From Octopus sinensis (taxonomy: Eukaryota): DNA of 64,000 bases. The DNA is taken from contig NC_043003.1 in NCBI RefSeq assembly GCF_006345805.1, positions 47,306,001 through 47,370,000 of the forward strand. Reading direction: 5' to 3'. Both the position numbers and the translations under genes were made by a program. The notes under the pieces are model-generated. The model searched no databases. It was not told the DNA's origin and saw only the letters and a program-made list of their open reading frames with translations. Positions 51,673 to 64,000 of this stretch are shown here, one piece after another; position 1 is the stretch's first letter; each line of letters opens with the position of its first letter.

Positions 51673-51890
51673 ATAAAGGAGTGCTGAAAAGTTCCTGGTG
51701 TTAAGGGTATTGTGAAAGGCCTGGTTGGAGGCCCAACCTTCCGAGTTCTTTACAGAGCTTAGAAAAGCTGGAGGACTGCTGCAACAAGTTTGTGAATCTG
51801 AGAGAATATGTTGAATAAAATTATAATTAACTGATCCTCTTGTATTTTCTTTTACCTCAAACCAAGAACTTTTCAGCACCCCATCGTATA
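51673..51890 (+). mobile_element. Second copy of the same mariner derivative
   Basis: TIR cores GTGCTGAAAAGTTCCTGG / CCAAGAACTTTTCAGCAC; internal sequence colinear with 58987-59195. Confidence 0.85.
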
Positions 51891-52259
51891 TGGCGTATCA
51901 AATGCTGCAGTTCATTACAGAAGAAATAAATCATTGAGTAGGTATGGGAATGTAACAATTTAGAATGAGATCTGTCTAATCTTGCTCTAGTCATTACTAA
52001 CTTTGTTTTTCTGAACACAAAAGTTAGCTTGATATAGCCTTAACATAGTGTTCTATGCAGGAGGGGGATTTTTGTTGTTTCTCTCTAAACACTGACGGAA
52101 TTTCTGCAGTTTATGTAAAGCTAATTTGCTTGATATCAGATCTATTAAGTTCAGCACCATACATTTCTGCATTAAAATGATACTGGGTAGTTGTTTAACA
52201 CCGGCCCAGCACTGATTAAGCAGGCCTATGTCAGAATTGTCAAGCCAGAAACATTTTCC

Positions 52260-52800
52260 ACTTTTTTTTTCCTGCCTTTAACCCTCCAGCGTGGAGTATA
52301 GGCCACTTATAGTTGAATTCCATGTCGCATAATTTTTCGCTTCTGTACTTATACTCTACCATGAATGTTCCCCTTTCTCTAGTTCCTTCTGTGTTGATAT
52401 ATGCCACGAGTTCTTAGGCCTACCTTTGTATATCCATCCAGATTCCACTGTAAAGCACTTTTCACTACATTCGGTTTGTCTTTTCTAATTGTGCTACCAA
52501 TCCACTTCCACTTTTTCTTAAGTATTTGCTCCCTAATCGAAACTTGATTTGTTCTTTGCCATAGCTCCATATTGCTTATGTGTTCAGGCCATCTAATTTT
52601 AAGTATACTATGCAAGCATCTGTTGATGAATGATTGTATTTGCTTATTTGACTTAACTGTTGTTCACCATGTCTCAGCCCCATACAATAACACCGCTTTT
52701 ACGTTAGTGTTAAAAATTCTTATTTTGTTCTTTATTGAAATTACACTTGTGCTCCATACTTTTTTTTAACAGGTGAAAAGCGGTCCTTGCCTTACTTATT
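52260..52800 (-). mobile_element. 3' fragment of a second RTE-clade LINE family
   Basis: KIRIFNTNVKAVLLYGAETW...LHSILKIRWPEHISNMELWQRTNQ...WKWIG...ALQWN. Confidence 0.85.
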
Positions 52801-54319
52801 CCCGTCTTAATATCTTATTAAGAAGATGAGAATAAGTTTCCACTTATAACCATCTAAATATTTCTTTCTTTCCTAGTGTGTCTAAACTACATTATTTGGT
52901 GTGCCTGTCCTATTTTCTAGATGAAAGGGTATGCTCTGGGAGAGATTAGGCTGGAATGTCTACCATGTTGGGTGACAACAGACACTCCTTCATTGGAAAT
53001 TTTGTTCTGCTATGTTTCTCATATTTCTGAATGGGTGAATAAAATATTTATATTAATAATATATTTAAGGATAAGCTAATTGACAGTCTTTATTTGTTTT
53101 GTACTTTTTCTTAGAGTATATAGGAATATTTGGTTGCATTGGGTTTGGCAAAGGGTATTTCAATGATTTTTCAATGCTTAGCCATTCTGTATGTGTGTGT
53201 TCAGCTAAATCTTGTGAGAATCATATGCATATACACCAAAAGTCTGTTCTAAAAAAGCTAAGCTTAAAAAAAAAAACGAATTCATTTCTTGTGATTTAAT
53301 CGGCCTTGTCTTTCAAAATAGTTGCTTTCACTGTTCATACATTGCTCCCAACATTTTTGTCAGCTCTGGAATAAGTTTTTGGTGTAATGCACAGTACTTG
53401 TAATAGATTTTCAACATCTATCATCTGAAATAGCTTTCAGTATTGAGAGCTAAAACACAGCAGATCCCATGAGTGTCAGGTCAATGGCATGTAAAAGACA
53501 CCCACTACACTCATGGAGTGGTTGGTTTTAGGAAGGGCTGTAGAAACCTTTCCAAGTCAGATCGGAACCTAGTGCTGCTCCCTGGCTTACCAGTTTTCAG
53601 TCAAACCATTCAATCCATGGAAAGATGACCAAATTCATAAAGTAGGACAGCTGTAGAATGAGTTTTCATGCCTTTGTCAAAAATTCTCAAATAAACAATG
53701 ACAGCTGAACAAGTATGTTGTGGTGCAGTATCCAAATTTTGTTTGTCTTTGTTTCAGGCCTCATCCTTCACATTGCTTTTTTTTTTCAGATGCCTCAGGA
53801 CATCAAAGTAAAATTCTTCATTGATTGTCTCACCATCATCATAGTCATTTTTAACATCTGTCTTCCATGCTGGCATGGATTGGATGATTTGACAGGAGCT
53901 GGCAAACTGGAGGGCTACAAGAGGCTTAAGCGATCTGTTTTGGCATGGATGCCATTCCTAATGCCAACCACTTAATAGTGTACTGGGTATTTGCAGCAAC
54001 AATGATCCAATTCACTGTGGCAGCTGCCTTTCTATTTCAATAAAAAAAGCATCCAGTCCACACTGTAAAGTGGTTGTCATTTGGAAGGGCATTCAGCTGT
54101 AAGAACCATGCCGAAACTGACCTTGCCTGTGCTGGTGTCACGTAAGCTCTCAGCCTACTCTAGGGTGGTTGGTGTTAGGAAGGGTATCCAGCCATTAAAA
54201 ACTACCAAATCAGACACACAAGTATGATGCAGTCTTCTGCCTGGTTAGCTCCTATCAAACTGTCCAACCCATAGCAGCATGGAAGGAGGACATTAAACAA
54301 TGATGAAACATTTCTGAAA

Positions 54320-55415
54320 TTTCTCATGAGCATTAAAGCAATCAAATGGCATTAGACATCCAGTGGATCATGCTAAGCTCATTTCTTTCAAGCCTACACA
54401 TGTCTTCAGCAGTCACAGCCCATGTTTCACTGCTGTAAAGCATGGCAGTTTGCACACAATCATCATACAATCTACCTTTCACTCTGAGCAAGAGGCCCTT
54501 TGTCACCAGTAAGGGTAGAAGCTTTTTGAACTTTGCCCAGGCTGTTCTTATTCTAGTGGTAACATTCTCTGAGCATCCACCCCCACTATAGACTGGTCAC
54601 CTAGGTAGCAGAAGCTATCAACTATTCTAGTTTCTCCCCCTGACATGTGATGGAATCTGTTTTCTGAGCGTTTGTGCTGTTTATTGCCCCTGTGCATCTA
54701 CTGCACATGAAAGCTATCTCCCTTTGATGTTGTTGCACCTCTTATGTGTCCATAACTTATACTGTGTACATCTTATGGAGTTTCTACCTACACCTTTTCT
54801 ACAGATCGAGCAGGGCCATCTACCTGAAGTGGTGTGTGATGTGTTTGCCTTCCTACTTACTAGAACTTTGGTCTTGGCAACATTGACTCTAAGGCCCTTC
54901 AATCCTAAACCTTGCTTCCACACCTGAAATTTCTTTAGTTCTGGTAGTAATTCTGCTATGAGGGCCAGGTCATCAGCATAGAGGAGCAACCTGTCTTGAA
55001 TTCCTCTGTTATTGCCTGGAGGACTATGATGAATAAGAGGGGTCTGAGAGCTGATCCTTGGACCCCTACTACTACCTGTAATTCTTCACTATACTCATTG
55101 CCAATCTTAACCTTACTAATGGCATTTCTATATAGGGCCTGCACTGCCCTTATTAACCATTCGTCAATCCACAGTTTCTGCATCGCCCACCAGATAAAGA
55201 AACGGGGGACCCTGTCAAAGGCTTTCTCCAAGTCCACAAAAGCCAAATATAGGGGTTTATATTTGGCTAGGTATTTCTCCTGCAGTTGCTGTACCAGGAA
55301 TATAGCATCAGTGGTGCTTCTACCAGGCACAAAACCGAACTACATATCATCTAAGCAGACTCTTTCCCTAATTAGTTGGGCTATGGCCCTCTCCGTGACC
55401 TTCATCACCTGATCC
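54320..55415 (-). mobile_element. Internal RT fragment of the same RTE family
   Basis: GRSTTDAIFLVQQLQEKY, AFVDLEKAFDRVPR, QGSALRPLLFIIVL, LLYADDL, WPCSICRKG; frameshifted. Confidence 0.92.
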
Positions 55416-56537
55416 ATAAATTATAATTGTTTATAAGCTTCACATTTCTCACCTACGGCACAATTTGTTTCACAAGAATCAGTGATGAAATCCTGCTGAA
55501 AACTGTCCAGCAACAGTACCACCAACTACTGCTTTGTCAAAATGTATCTACAAGCACCAATGTTTGTTATGAAACAATTCTGCCTTTTTTTCAATTAATC
55601 ATTTCCAAAATTTGTACAAATCCAAAGTCATCTCAGAGTAATGCATGAAAGAAAAGGCCAAAAAATGAGGTTCACTTGAAATAAAACAAAGAGTTCTAGA
55701 AATGAGTTGAAATACTGCTAGTTGTGATAGAGTAGGAGTATTAGTACAGAAACGTTTTCTTTTACCTTCAGTTTCTTTTTAATTACTCCTGTCCCATTCT
55801 AATTTTATGTTTCTCCCTTTATGATTCATCTTAGACAATAATCTATATAAAGTATATGTAGGAGCAGACGTGGCTGTGCGGTAAGACATTTGCTTCCCAA
55901 CTACATGGTTCTGAGTTCAGTCCCATTGCATGGCACCTTGGGCAAGTGTCCCCAAATATAGCCTCAGGCCAACCAAAGTCTTGTGAGTGGATTTGGTAGA
56001 TGGAAACTGAAAGAAGCCTGTCCTGTATATGTGTAGGTGTTTATACCTCAACTGGTGTTGGTGTGTTTATGTCCCTGTAGCTTAGTAGTTTGACAAAAGA
56101 GACTGATAGAATAAATGCTGGGCTCGATTTGTTTGCCCCAAATTCTTCAAAGCAGTGCTCCAGCATGGACTCAGTCTAATGACTGAAATAAGTAAAAGTT
56201 AAAAGACTAGAATATTGTCATCATCGTAAAAAATACATATGTAGGTACTTAGTCTTGGAGTTATATCTAGGTGTGATGAAAAGATATATTGATTATTGAT
56301 CCGTTCATGACGTTCCACCCTTTACTTACATGATTCAGTTCATGTCCATTTTTTTATGGTTCTTGTAATTAAAATGAGTAAAAGACAGGGAAAATGTTGT
56401 AACATGTATTTTTGTATAGATTATGCTGTAATGAGTGATGGCTTGTAATGCTGAGTGCACTTCCTTCTGAAACAAAAATTACCTTTGGCAGAGAGTTAAT
56501 CTAACAAATAGTTTATTTTTCATTCACTTAATATCAT

Positions 56538-56850
56538 GTGAAGGTACATAGCTCAGTGGTTAGAGCATTGAGCTTATGATCATGAGGTTGTGAGTTCAAA
56601 TCCTGGACTGGGCTGCGTATTGAGTTCTTTATTTCACGTTGCTCCAGTTCACTCAGCTGTAGAAATGAGTTGCAACATGTGCCAAGGTGTATCGGCCTTT
56701 GCCTTTCCCTTGGATAACACTGGTGGATGTGGAGAGGGGGAGCCGGTACGCATGGGTGACTGCTGGTCTTCCATAAACATCATTGCCCGGACTTGTACCT
56801 GGGAGGGTAACTTTCAAGGTGCAATCCCATGGTCAATCATGACCGAACGG
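56538..56850 (+). mobile_element. Older copy of the same SINE family as 4770-5120
   Basis: TAGCTCAGTGGTTAGAGC head and GAGTTCAAATCC B box; body colinear with the reverse complement of 4790-5110. Confidence 0.85.
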
Positions 56851-57648
56851 GGTCTCAGAAATATCATAGAAACTAGAAATGAACACCAATGGTATGAACT
56901 ACAGGCTGAAAGAAACAATGGTCACTTTGAGACTGATAAGCAGTTTTTTTTTTTTCAGATTCTCATCTAAAGCAATGGTTCTTGATAGAGGTCCATGCGA
57001 GGAAAACAGTAAATTGAGGATTACCTGTAATATACTAAGAGTCCATGAAAAATCTTTGCTTTAAGTGTATTTATTGCAATAAACAGCTAGATTTCTTTCC
57101 GGAACATTTTACATAGTTCAGCCTACACAAGTTAATATGTAAAAAAAAAAAAAAAAAAGGAAAAAGGGTAATTTTGAAAGAAGAACCTATAAAACTTATC
57201 TTTAAACATCGAATGACTATGGGTGCCAACCAAAATAGAATAGTAATCAAAAGGATCCATAGATAACGAAAAAAAAAAAGTTTAAGAGTCTAAGGGCTGA
57301 CAACTAGCCACAGCTTATCTCCCTTGTTCTTACTGTGACGTGACTGTGGTATTGGTTTACATTCATTTTCTGCCTGCCGATACAGTTAGAATGGTGTTAA
57401 ATGTCTAAGAATGTAGTTGACTTAACCGAAAGTATAAAAACAGGAGTCTGACTAGCAAAAATAGGCATGCTGGCTTACATGTCTAAGCTAAATACCACTT
57501 TACTACATAATTATCGACAGTTTTTCTCTCTCTTTTCAAGTTGTAGGTTTAGAAGCTGGTGATAGATAACAACCCTGAACCTTGTATAGTTGTTGCTTTT
57601 AGATCAGAATCAGTAATAGGATATATCCCTTGATACATACATACGTAA

Positions 57649-57694
<46 letters not shown>

Positions 57695-58894
57695 CAAAGG
57701 TGTGACAATGTGGTTGACAGATTTACTTCTCAACTATATGGTCTGGTTTCATTCTCACAGCATGGTACTTTGGGCCAGTGTTTTCTAGTATGGTTTTGGG
57801 TAAACCAAAGCCTTGAGGTCGATTTGTAGATGGAAACTGAAAGAAACCATTGGATTAAGTGTTGTGAACATGCTTCAACAATTTTCTCAGAAACTAGATT
57901 GTGTAATATATGTGTGTGTTTGAAAAGGTATGTGGCCTAGTGGTTAGGATGTTTCACTCATGATCACAAGATTGTGACTGAAATGTCTTTTATGATAGGC
58001 ATGCTCGATTAGGGTAAACCTGGCGCTAAACAACAACCCAACTACTTCTATAACATAATGCATATTTTGTAACATAATCTGTATGATTATAGTAGAATCA
58101 GTTAATTTTGGAATACAGTGTAAATCATTCTTTTTTCACAATGGAATATATTTATGTTATTTTAACAATACACATATTCAGTGTGGGCTGAAATGAAGAT
58201 CCTTCGGGTGTGGACAGCATCGATGTTCTCAAATCAATCAGTCCGGCCGTCGAACGACCGCCACCAATGTCTCAAATTGTTCTATCTGGTGCAATATATA
58301 TATAATGCACAATTGCTGTTAGAACAGCAAAAACACCAGGTAAATTACCCTTACAAAGTGGAAAAATTTGTCAACAAACAGCTATGGGTTTCGAACTAAC
58401 ATCCCTCAAGACTGGCAGAGTGCATTAAGCTCTGACAAATTCATCCGCAATTTTAGATGCTAAATAGCTAATAGAACAACTATGTGTATATAAATGTAAA
58501 CAAACTAACATTTGTTTTTTTATGTGGCGAAACATGTATTGTACAATACAAATAAGGCGATACTTTTTCGAATGCAGAATTGCCATTAAAACAGCAGAAA
58601 GGCTGGGTATATTTTTGTTAGATTTCCTTGTATGTCTCCACTGTACTGTTTTTGTTCCCAAATTCGACCCTCCACAAATCCCAAATTTTATTTTGGTACG
58701 TACGGGAGCAACTGTCTTCGAAGGCTCATATTGTCGTTCAATGCTCGAAATGAGGAGTAGATAGACAGCCGTCAACTGATGAAGGGTCGCTCTTTATGTT
58801 ACTTGTCCTGTTTTCCATTCGCTTCTCTCGTTGTTTGCGTATTGAACTAATTTGTTTCCGTATTTCATGTTGTTTACTGCTGGTGACCTCCTAT

Positions 58895-58953
<59 letters not shown>

Positions 58954-58986
58954 CATGCATATAATTTATATTATATATATATATAC

Positions 58987-59195
58987 TCGAGGGGGTACTG
59001 AAAAGTTCCTGGCTTTAAGGGTGTCGTGAAAGGCCTGGTTGGAGGCACAACTTTGCAAGTTCTTTTACAGGGTTTAGAAAAACTGAAGGAATGCTGCAAA
59101 TCTGAGAAGGGGAATATGTTGAATAAGATCATAATTAACTGATCCTCCTGTATTTTCTTTCACCCAAAGCCAGGAACTTTTCAGCACCCACTCGT
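58987..59195 (+). mobile_element. Non-autonomous mariner derivative
   Basis: TIRs CGAGGGGGTACTGAAAAGTTCCTGGCTTT / AAAGCCAGGAACTTTTCAGCACCCACTCG; internal GLEKLKECC...GEYVE* matches a mariner transposase C-terminus. Confidence 0.85.
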
Positions 59196-59404
59196 GTCGG
59201 TGTTTGTATGTCAAGTTATAGTAAGACAGTTTAACATTAAACTGAAAGATTACTCAATACTTTTTCGTATTCATTAATTCTTATAAGGTTGACAGAAATC
59301 TGTCAACTTTTCCTTGTGTCCACTGTAAAGCAAAAATTAAACGAATGGAAAGAAAACGTAAGAAGACCATCAATAATTAACAATAACCAGGTTAAAGATA
59401 ATTT

Positions 59405-59512
59405 GTAGCTCGCGCCAAATGACGTCACAGCCGAGCACCGAGCGCACAATTTCTTCAGTTTGTGCGGGGCTGCTGTCTCGGATGAGGTTAAATGTCTCCA
59501 AGATGGCGGCGT
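59405..59512 (+). promoter_or_regulatory. Promoter motif cluster: E2F site, CRE and YY1
   Basis: CGCGCCAAA (reverse complement TTTGGCGCG, E2F) 59411-59419 abuts TGACGTCA (CRE) 59420-59427; AAGATGGCGGC (YY1) overlaps the ATG at 59503. Confidence 0.6.
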
Positions 59513-59671
59513 CCATGGAGGTTCCGTCTGATAGCACCGATGTTCTGAAATCAATCAGTCCGGCCGTCGAACGACCGCCGCCAATGTCTCAATCAGCTGG
59601 TGAAACGACTTCCAAAGTTCAACCCGCCCTACCGCCTTACATGCCAGCGTGGAGGAGGGCTCGATACGAAA
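59503..59671 (+). CDS. First coding exon of an unidentified gene (MAASMEVPSDSTDVLKSISPAVERPPPMSQSAGETTSKVQPALPPYMPAWRRARYE, phase-1 donor)
   Basis: CpG-rich region; start context CAAGATGGCGGCG; open frame ends at a perfect A|GTAAGT donor (GT 59672-59673), followed by AT-rich intron-like sequence. Protein not recognised. Confidence 0.8.
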
Positions 59672-62600
59672 GTAAGTTCAATTGTTTATCTTAAACGTGT
59701 TTATTGTTATTTCAATTCACTAAAACTTTTTTTTTCATTTTTTCCTCCATGCTGTTGGTGGGTGTGTTCACGCCGTTGCATGTTTCAATATGTGTGCTTA
59801 TATATATATAAGAAGAAAAATTATATGTGTGTGTGCTGTTTTTCCACACTATAACGTGCAACTTATCTTTGTTATTTCTTTTTCGAAAGAGATGTTTTTT
59901 TTTGTTTACATATGTTTATTTTGTTTTGTATATACATGCATATACATACATCGTGTGTATGCATACCTATATAAATAAATATACAAACACAAACATAGAT
60001 ATGCATACGTTTATATCATATATGTATGCATGTATTATAATGGTTATATGAGTATTTTGGTAATCTTTCGTTTTAGGTCTACTAGAAACGAAAGATTGCC
60101 AGTATTTTAAAGCTGTATATACTTGGCAAGTGACTTCATCTGAAATCGTGTGTTGAAACTAAAAAAAAAAAAAAATTACATCGTGGAAAATTCTTTGCTA
60201 GCCGTTTAAAGCACACACATACCAATATGGGTTAATATAGGGCGTGACAAATATCAGAAAATCAAAAAAAAAATGTGTGTAATAGGTGTAAAACAACTTC
60301 CTATGAACGAATATGAAAAAAAAAATTCGCGGTAGACGTTTCGACGAACATGCAACCCGATCGTTCACACAAATTTCCTCCGATGAAGCTTTTTCACTCT
60401 TAAAAGCGAATGCAACGAGTTATATAGCTACTGTTACTCTTTCATGATGTAATTGTTATGTATATACGGTAAACATTAGTTGCATATGTGGTTGAGGTCA
60501 GCGCATGCTATTGACCAGGATGTTTTGAAATCAGCGAAAGGAAGAAAGTGGGAGGAGAAATCACACCTGTCATATAACATGCTTCGCCAAAATCAGGCTG
60601 TGATCGAAGTTCTTGTACTGATAGTGAGATAAAGAAATAACGTATTAGGAAATTAATTTGCCGAAGTAAGCAACCAAATTATCTCGAATCACTCTTTTAA
60701 GAATAGAAAGATAATGTTGTCCTAGATACTTTAAGGCTGGAATACCTTTGATCACAGGCCTGCCCAATCAGTACTGGGTTGCGGTGAATGCAGTCCACTG
60801 TTCTTTGGAGTAAACACCTGTCAAACACTAGATGTGATGGGTAAATGAAGGTTTAGTGTTTCAAGAAGCTTACAGACGAACTAGAGTTTCCTTTATCAGG
60901 TTTAAACAAATAACGACGATTTTTTCTTACATAGATACAAAACCTGGATTTTGCGGGGAAGAAACAGTCAATTAAGAAAAAAAAATCGACCTAGTACTTA
61001 ATTTTATCGACTCTAGAAGAAGAAATACTCATTCGATATCAGTGGGATTTGAACTTAGTATGTAGAGTGCTGTAAAAAATAGCACAAGATATTTTGTCCG
61101 ATGTCCATCTGATTTACCGGCCCACCACCCTGAATAAAAATCGAAGGTAATGATGTGGGTATACGCTGAGAACAGCGCCGGCGAAAATGAGAGCTTTTGG
61201 GTGAAGCTATCGTATTACCCTTGTTAAATTATGCTTATATTTGGTGAAACAATAACTCAGTAGTCGTGTGTGTATGACCCATTACAATATGTATGTGTGC
61301 GTGTGATTAGATAAAATAATCTTTTTATCCATTTTTATAAACATTAATTTAACAGCGATAATGCGACATTTTCTGTTACGTAGAGGTTTTCAATTTTGCA
61401 AAAGCTTTTATTGTCGTCGACGCTGTTATGTATCTATACCGTATGTTTATTTTTGCAAGGCAAAATGCACAAATGACACCGGATCTGTAATTATTGTTTG
61501 CATTGGTACTCAGTTCAGAAATGTAATATAAAATGTTGCTAATTATTTAATAGTTGTAATACTAGCAATTATTTTGTCGACACCGAGAGGAAAAGAAAAT
61601 ACAATCTAGGTGACATTTGAACTCAGAACTTAAAGGGGCACAACTAAACAAGGCAACGCATTTTTAGTACTTTGCTAATTCTACCTATGTCCGCCCCTAA
61701 TTAGGATTTCTTATATTATTGTCACGACGCCAAGTGCAATGTACGTAATCTATCGAATGTGACTCGGCATTCTTTCCGTTCGTGACCACATATCGAAAAT
61801 AGAAGTATTGATACTATTCCGAAATGTTCAACCATCCTTTTATATTTAAGAATTTCTTCGGGTTCCTATGTTTTCAACGACAGAGATCTCCCATTTCTAC
61901 AATTTTCTTTTTTAACCTCCCCCCCCCTTCTGGTGGGGGTGATTTCAGGTTTAAAAATACAAAAATTACGATTCTGAAAAAAAAACATTTAAAAAAAATG
62001 TTCAGTTTCTGAACATAAGGTAATTCTATCGACTATTTAACGAAGTCAAAACTATGCTGACTCCGTCAGAATTAGAATCAGAGCATTAAAAAACAACAAA
62101 AACTCGAAACTAAATACTGCATTTCATTTAATCAGCATGCTACTGTATGTTTCATAGCAATTTCTTTGTTCATCACAAAGGCAACAAAGAGACAACATTA
62201 TAACGTAATTCTGAACAAACACTATACAAATCATCTTCATCATTTTATGTTCGTTTCTCCGTGATTGTATGGGTTGGAGTGGCCTTGCCATTTGTTGCAT
62301 GAGGTTCAGCATCTTGTCCCAGCTTTCACCACTTTTTCCTCCGTTTTATTATTTAGCAGTCTCCTTCTTCTTATGTGTATATTTCTGGTTCCCCAAATGA
62401 GAGATAATCAGTCAGGAAAGATAGCATTTCTCAATAATAATCATAATATAACGTTCTGAGTTTAAATTTTGCTGGGGTCAACTTTGCTTTTCATCCTTTC
62501 AAGGTAGCTAAAATGAAATATTAATCAAGTTATAGAGAAACAAAACTTTAGACTGTAATAAGCATGTGGCTTGTTTATTGTTTCAGACATCTTTACCTTG

Positions 62601-63397
62601 CTATTCACCCTCCCCCTAAAAGAAGCCACGTTGATGTCCTCTAATGATTGTAAATTATATATCGTAAAGCTCTCTTAATAGGTTCCCCGCTTCTTTTTAA
62701 ATACGTACAATAGTCTTTGATATTGAAGTTAACAATATAAAGTGCTGAATTTAAAGTTTTTTCTTATTGTTAGAGATAGAGAGAGAGAAACGATTTTGAT
62801 TGTTCCTTTCGTAAGAATGGTAGAGGCTGGTTGATGTACAAGTTGTTATGTAGTTTTAGTTGCTTGAGTCCGTTACTATTACTGGTTTGGCCACTATAAA
62901 ATACAAAGAAAAAAAGAAAAATAACTAAATAATCATTAACCTTAAAAGAAATGAAGAGACATTACAAAACTATTTATTTTGAGGGCGGAATATATTCACT
63001 TAAATCAACTTTGAATGGATGAAAAGTGAAGTTGAGTATGGGGAGATCCCCCACCACATGTATACATAATAGATATAATGGTGCTTTATGTATATACATC
63101 ATCGTCACTTTACATCTGTTTTCCATGCTGGCATGGGTTGTACTGGTCATCATGATCAAAGTCAGTTCTTATTAGGAACTATTGCTCTCATAGTCTGATA
63201 CTTATACACATAATTTTGGATTTTTTTCCTGTAACTGGATGCCTTTCTTAACATCAACCATTTTGCAGAGTGTAATGGGTGCATTTCATCATAGCATCAG
63301 CTCTAGAAACGTTGCCAAGTCCTTGGAAAGACAAAAGCTAAAGCGACTTCTTGCCCCTCTGCCTCCCCTGCTCATTTGCCTTTCACTTTACTGGGCA

Positions 63398-63630
63398 GAT
63401 AGATTTTAAAAAATAATAGATCTTGGGGACTTTTTAGAGTATTGAAAAGTCAGCTTGAAAGTTTCCGATTCCATTGTGCATGTGATTACAACAGATGTTC
63501 ATCCTAGCCATGTGCTTAAGTCAAGATTACAGCTTGATCATAGTGATCGGCAGTTGGAAGGTAGATTTTTATAAATAATAGATCTTGAGGACTTTTAGAG
63601 CACTGGAAAGTTAGCTTGAAAGTTTCTAAT
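63398..63630 (+). repeat. ~70-bp direct duplication
   Basis: TAGATTTT...AATAATAGATCTTG.GGACTTTT..AG...GAAA.GT.AGCTTGAAAGTTTC at ~63398-63470 and ~63560-63630. Confidence 0.75.
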
Positions 63631-63689
63631 TGATTTACAACAAATAAGGTGAAGAAAGAATCCCTGCTGAAATAATAACTCCTTTAAGT

Positions 63690-64000
63690 TTATTCTACCG
63701 TGTTCTTACTCTGGATGCTATGCTTTTGGAGTACCTACCTCCACTGCTGCTATTAGGTCACTCAGATAAGAGAAGTTCTCAACTATTATGGAGTCTTCTA
63801 AGCATTTAAACTGCTAAATACTTCTCTGCATCTGCTGCATATGAAATCTGTTTTCTCTATCACCCTATCTGTGATCCCACAACATTTCTTGAGCATCCAG
63901 AGTTTACACTGGCTACTGCATATAGAATTCTTACATACTCTTTTTTTTTACATGCCAAGCATGGCCACCTCCCTGATGGCAGTGGATTTTTGTTTTCCTT
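63690..64000 (-). mobile_element. Degenerate fragment of the same RTE family (PHD region), runs off the window
   Basis: Nucleotide similarity to 2130-2420 and 54560-54840. Confidence 0.6.

Noticed and set aside
54010-55415. Twin-priming inversion of one RTE insertion
   Set aside because: The 3'UTR piece (+) and RT body (-) converge tail-to-tail, which is not twin-priming geometry; these are separate insertions.
58770-58810. CTGATGA in a repeat-like segment as a hammerhead core
   Set aside because: No GAAA follows the putative stem II.

Overview
AT-rich, repeat-dense animal genomic DNA. The SINE/LINE families and microsatellite load look like a coleoid cephalopod, most likely Octopus (inference from family recognition, no search run). 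One protein-coding gene is confidently identified: RRP8/nucleomethylin, an intronless CDS at 48950-49972 (+). A second gene starts at about 59.5 kb (+), with a clear first coding exon and an E2F/CRE/YY1 promoter, but its product is not recognised. Three CpG-retaining islands (~15.4-18.4, ~45.3-48.4, ~58-62 kb) mark likely promoters. Several unrecognised minus-strand exons with good splice signals suggest further spliced transcripts. The rest is mobile-element material: a young 5'-truncated CR1-type LINE with an uninterrupted APE+RT ORF2 (29.26-32.2 kb); RTE LINE fragments with a C4HC3 PHD finger inserted inside the RT; R4/Dong-like restriction-like-endonuclease (RLE) LINE relics; a Helitron/Pif1 helicase relic; mariner/Tc1 derivatives; long fold-back (MITE-like) palindromes; Penelope-type repeats with minimal hammerhead-ribozyme folds carrying core substitutions; and dozens of tRNA-derived SINEs, some nested or inverted. 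No CRISPR, rRNA or true tRNA gene was found. I did not find a clearly new multi-gene system; the best leads are the hammerhead-like motifs, the PHD-containing RTE, the near-intact LINE, the dsRNA-forming palindromes and nested SINEs, and a duplicated fragment of exon 1. Repeat boundaries were read by eye and are approximate.
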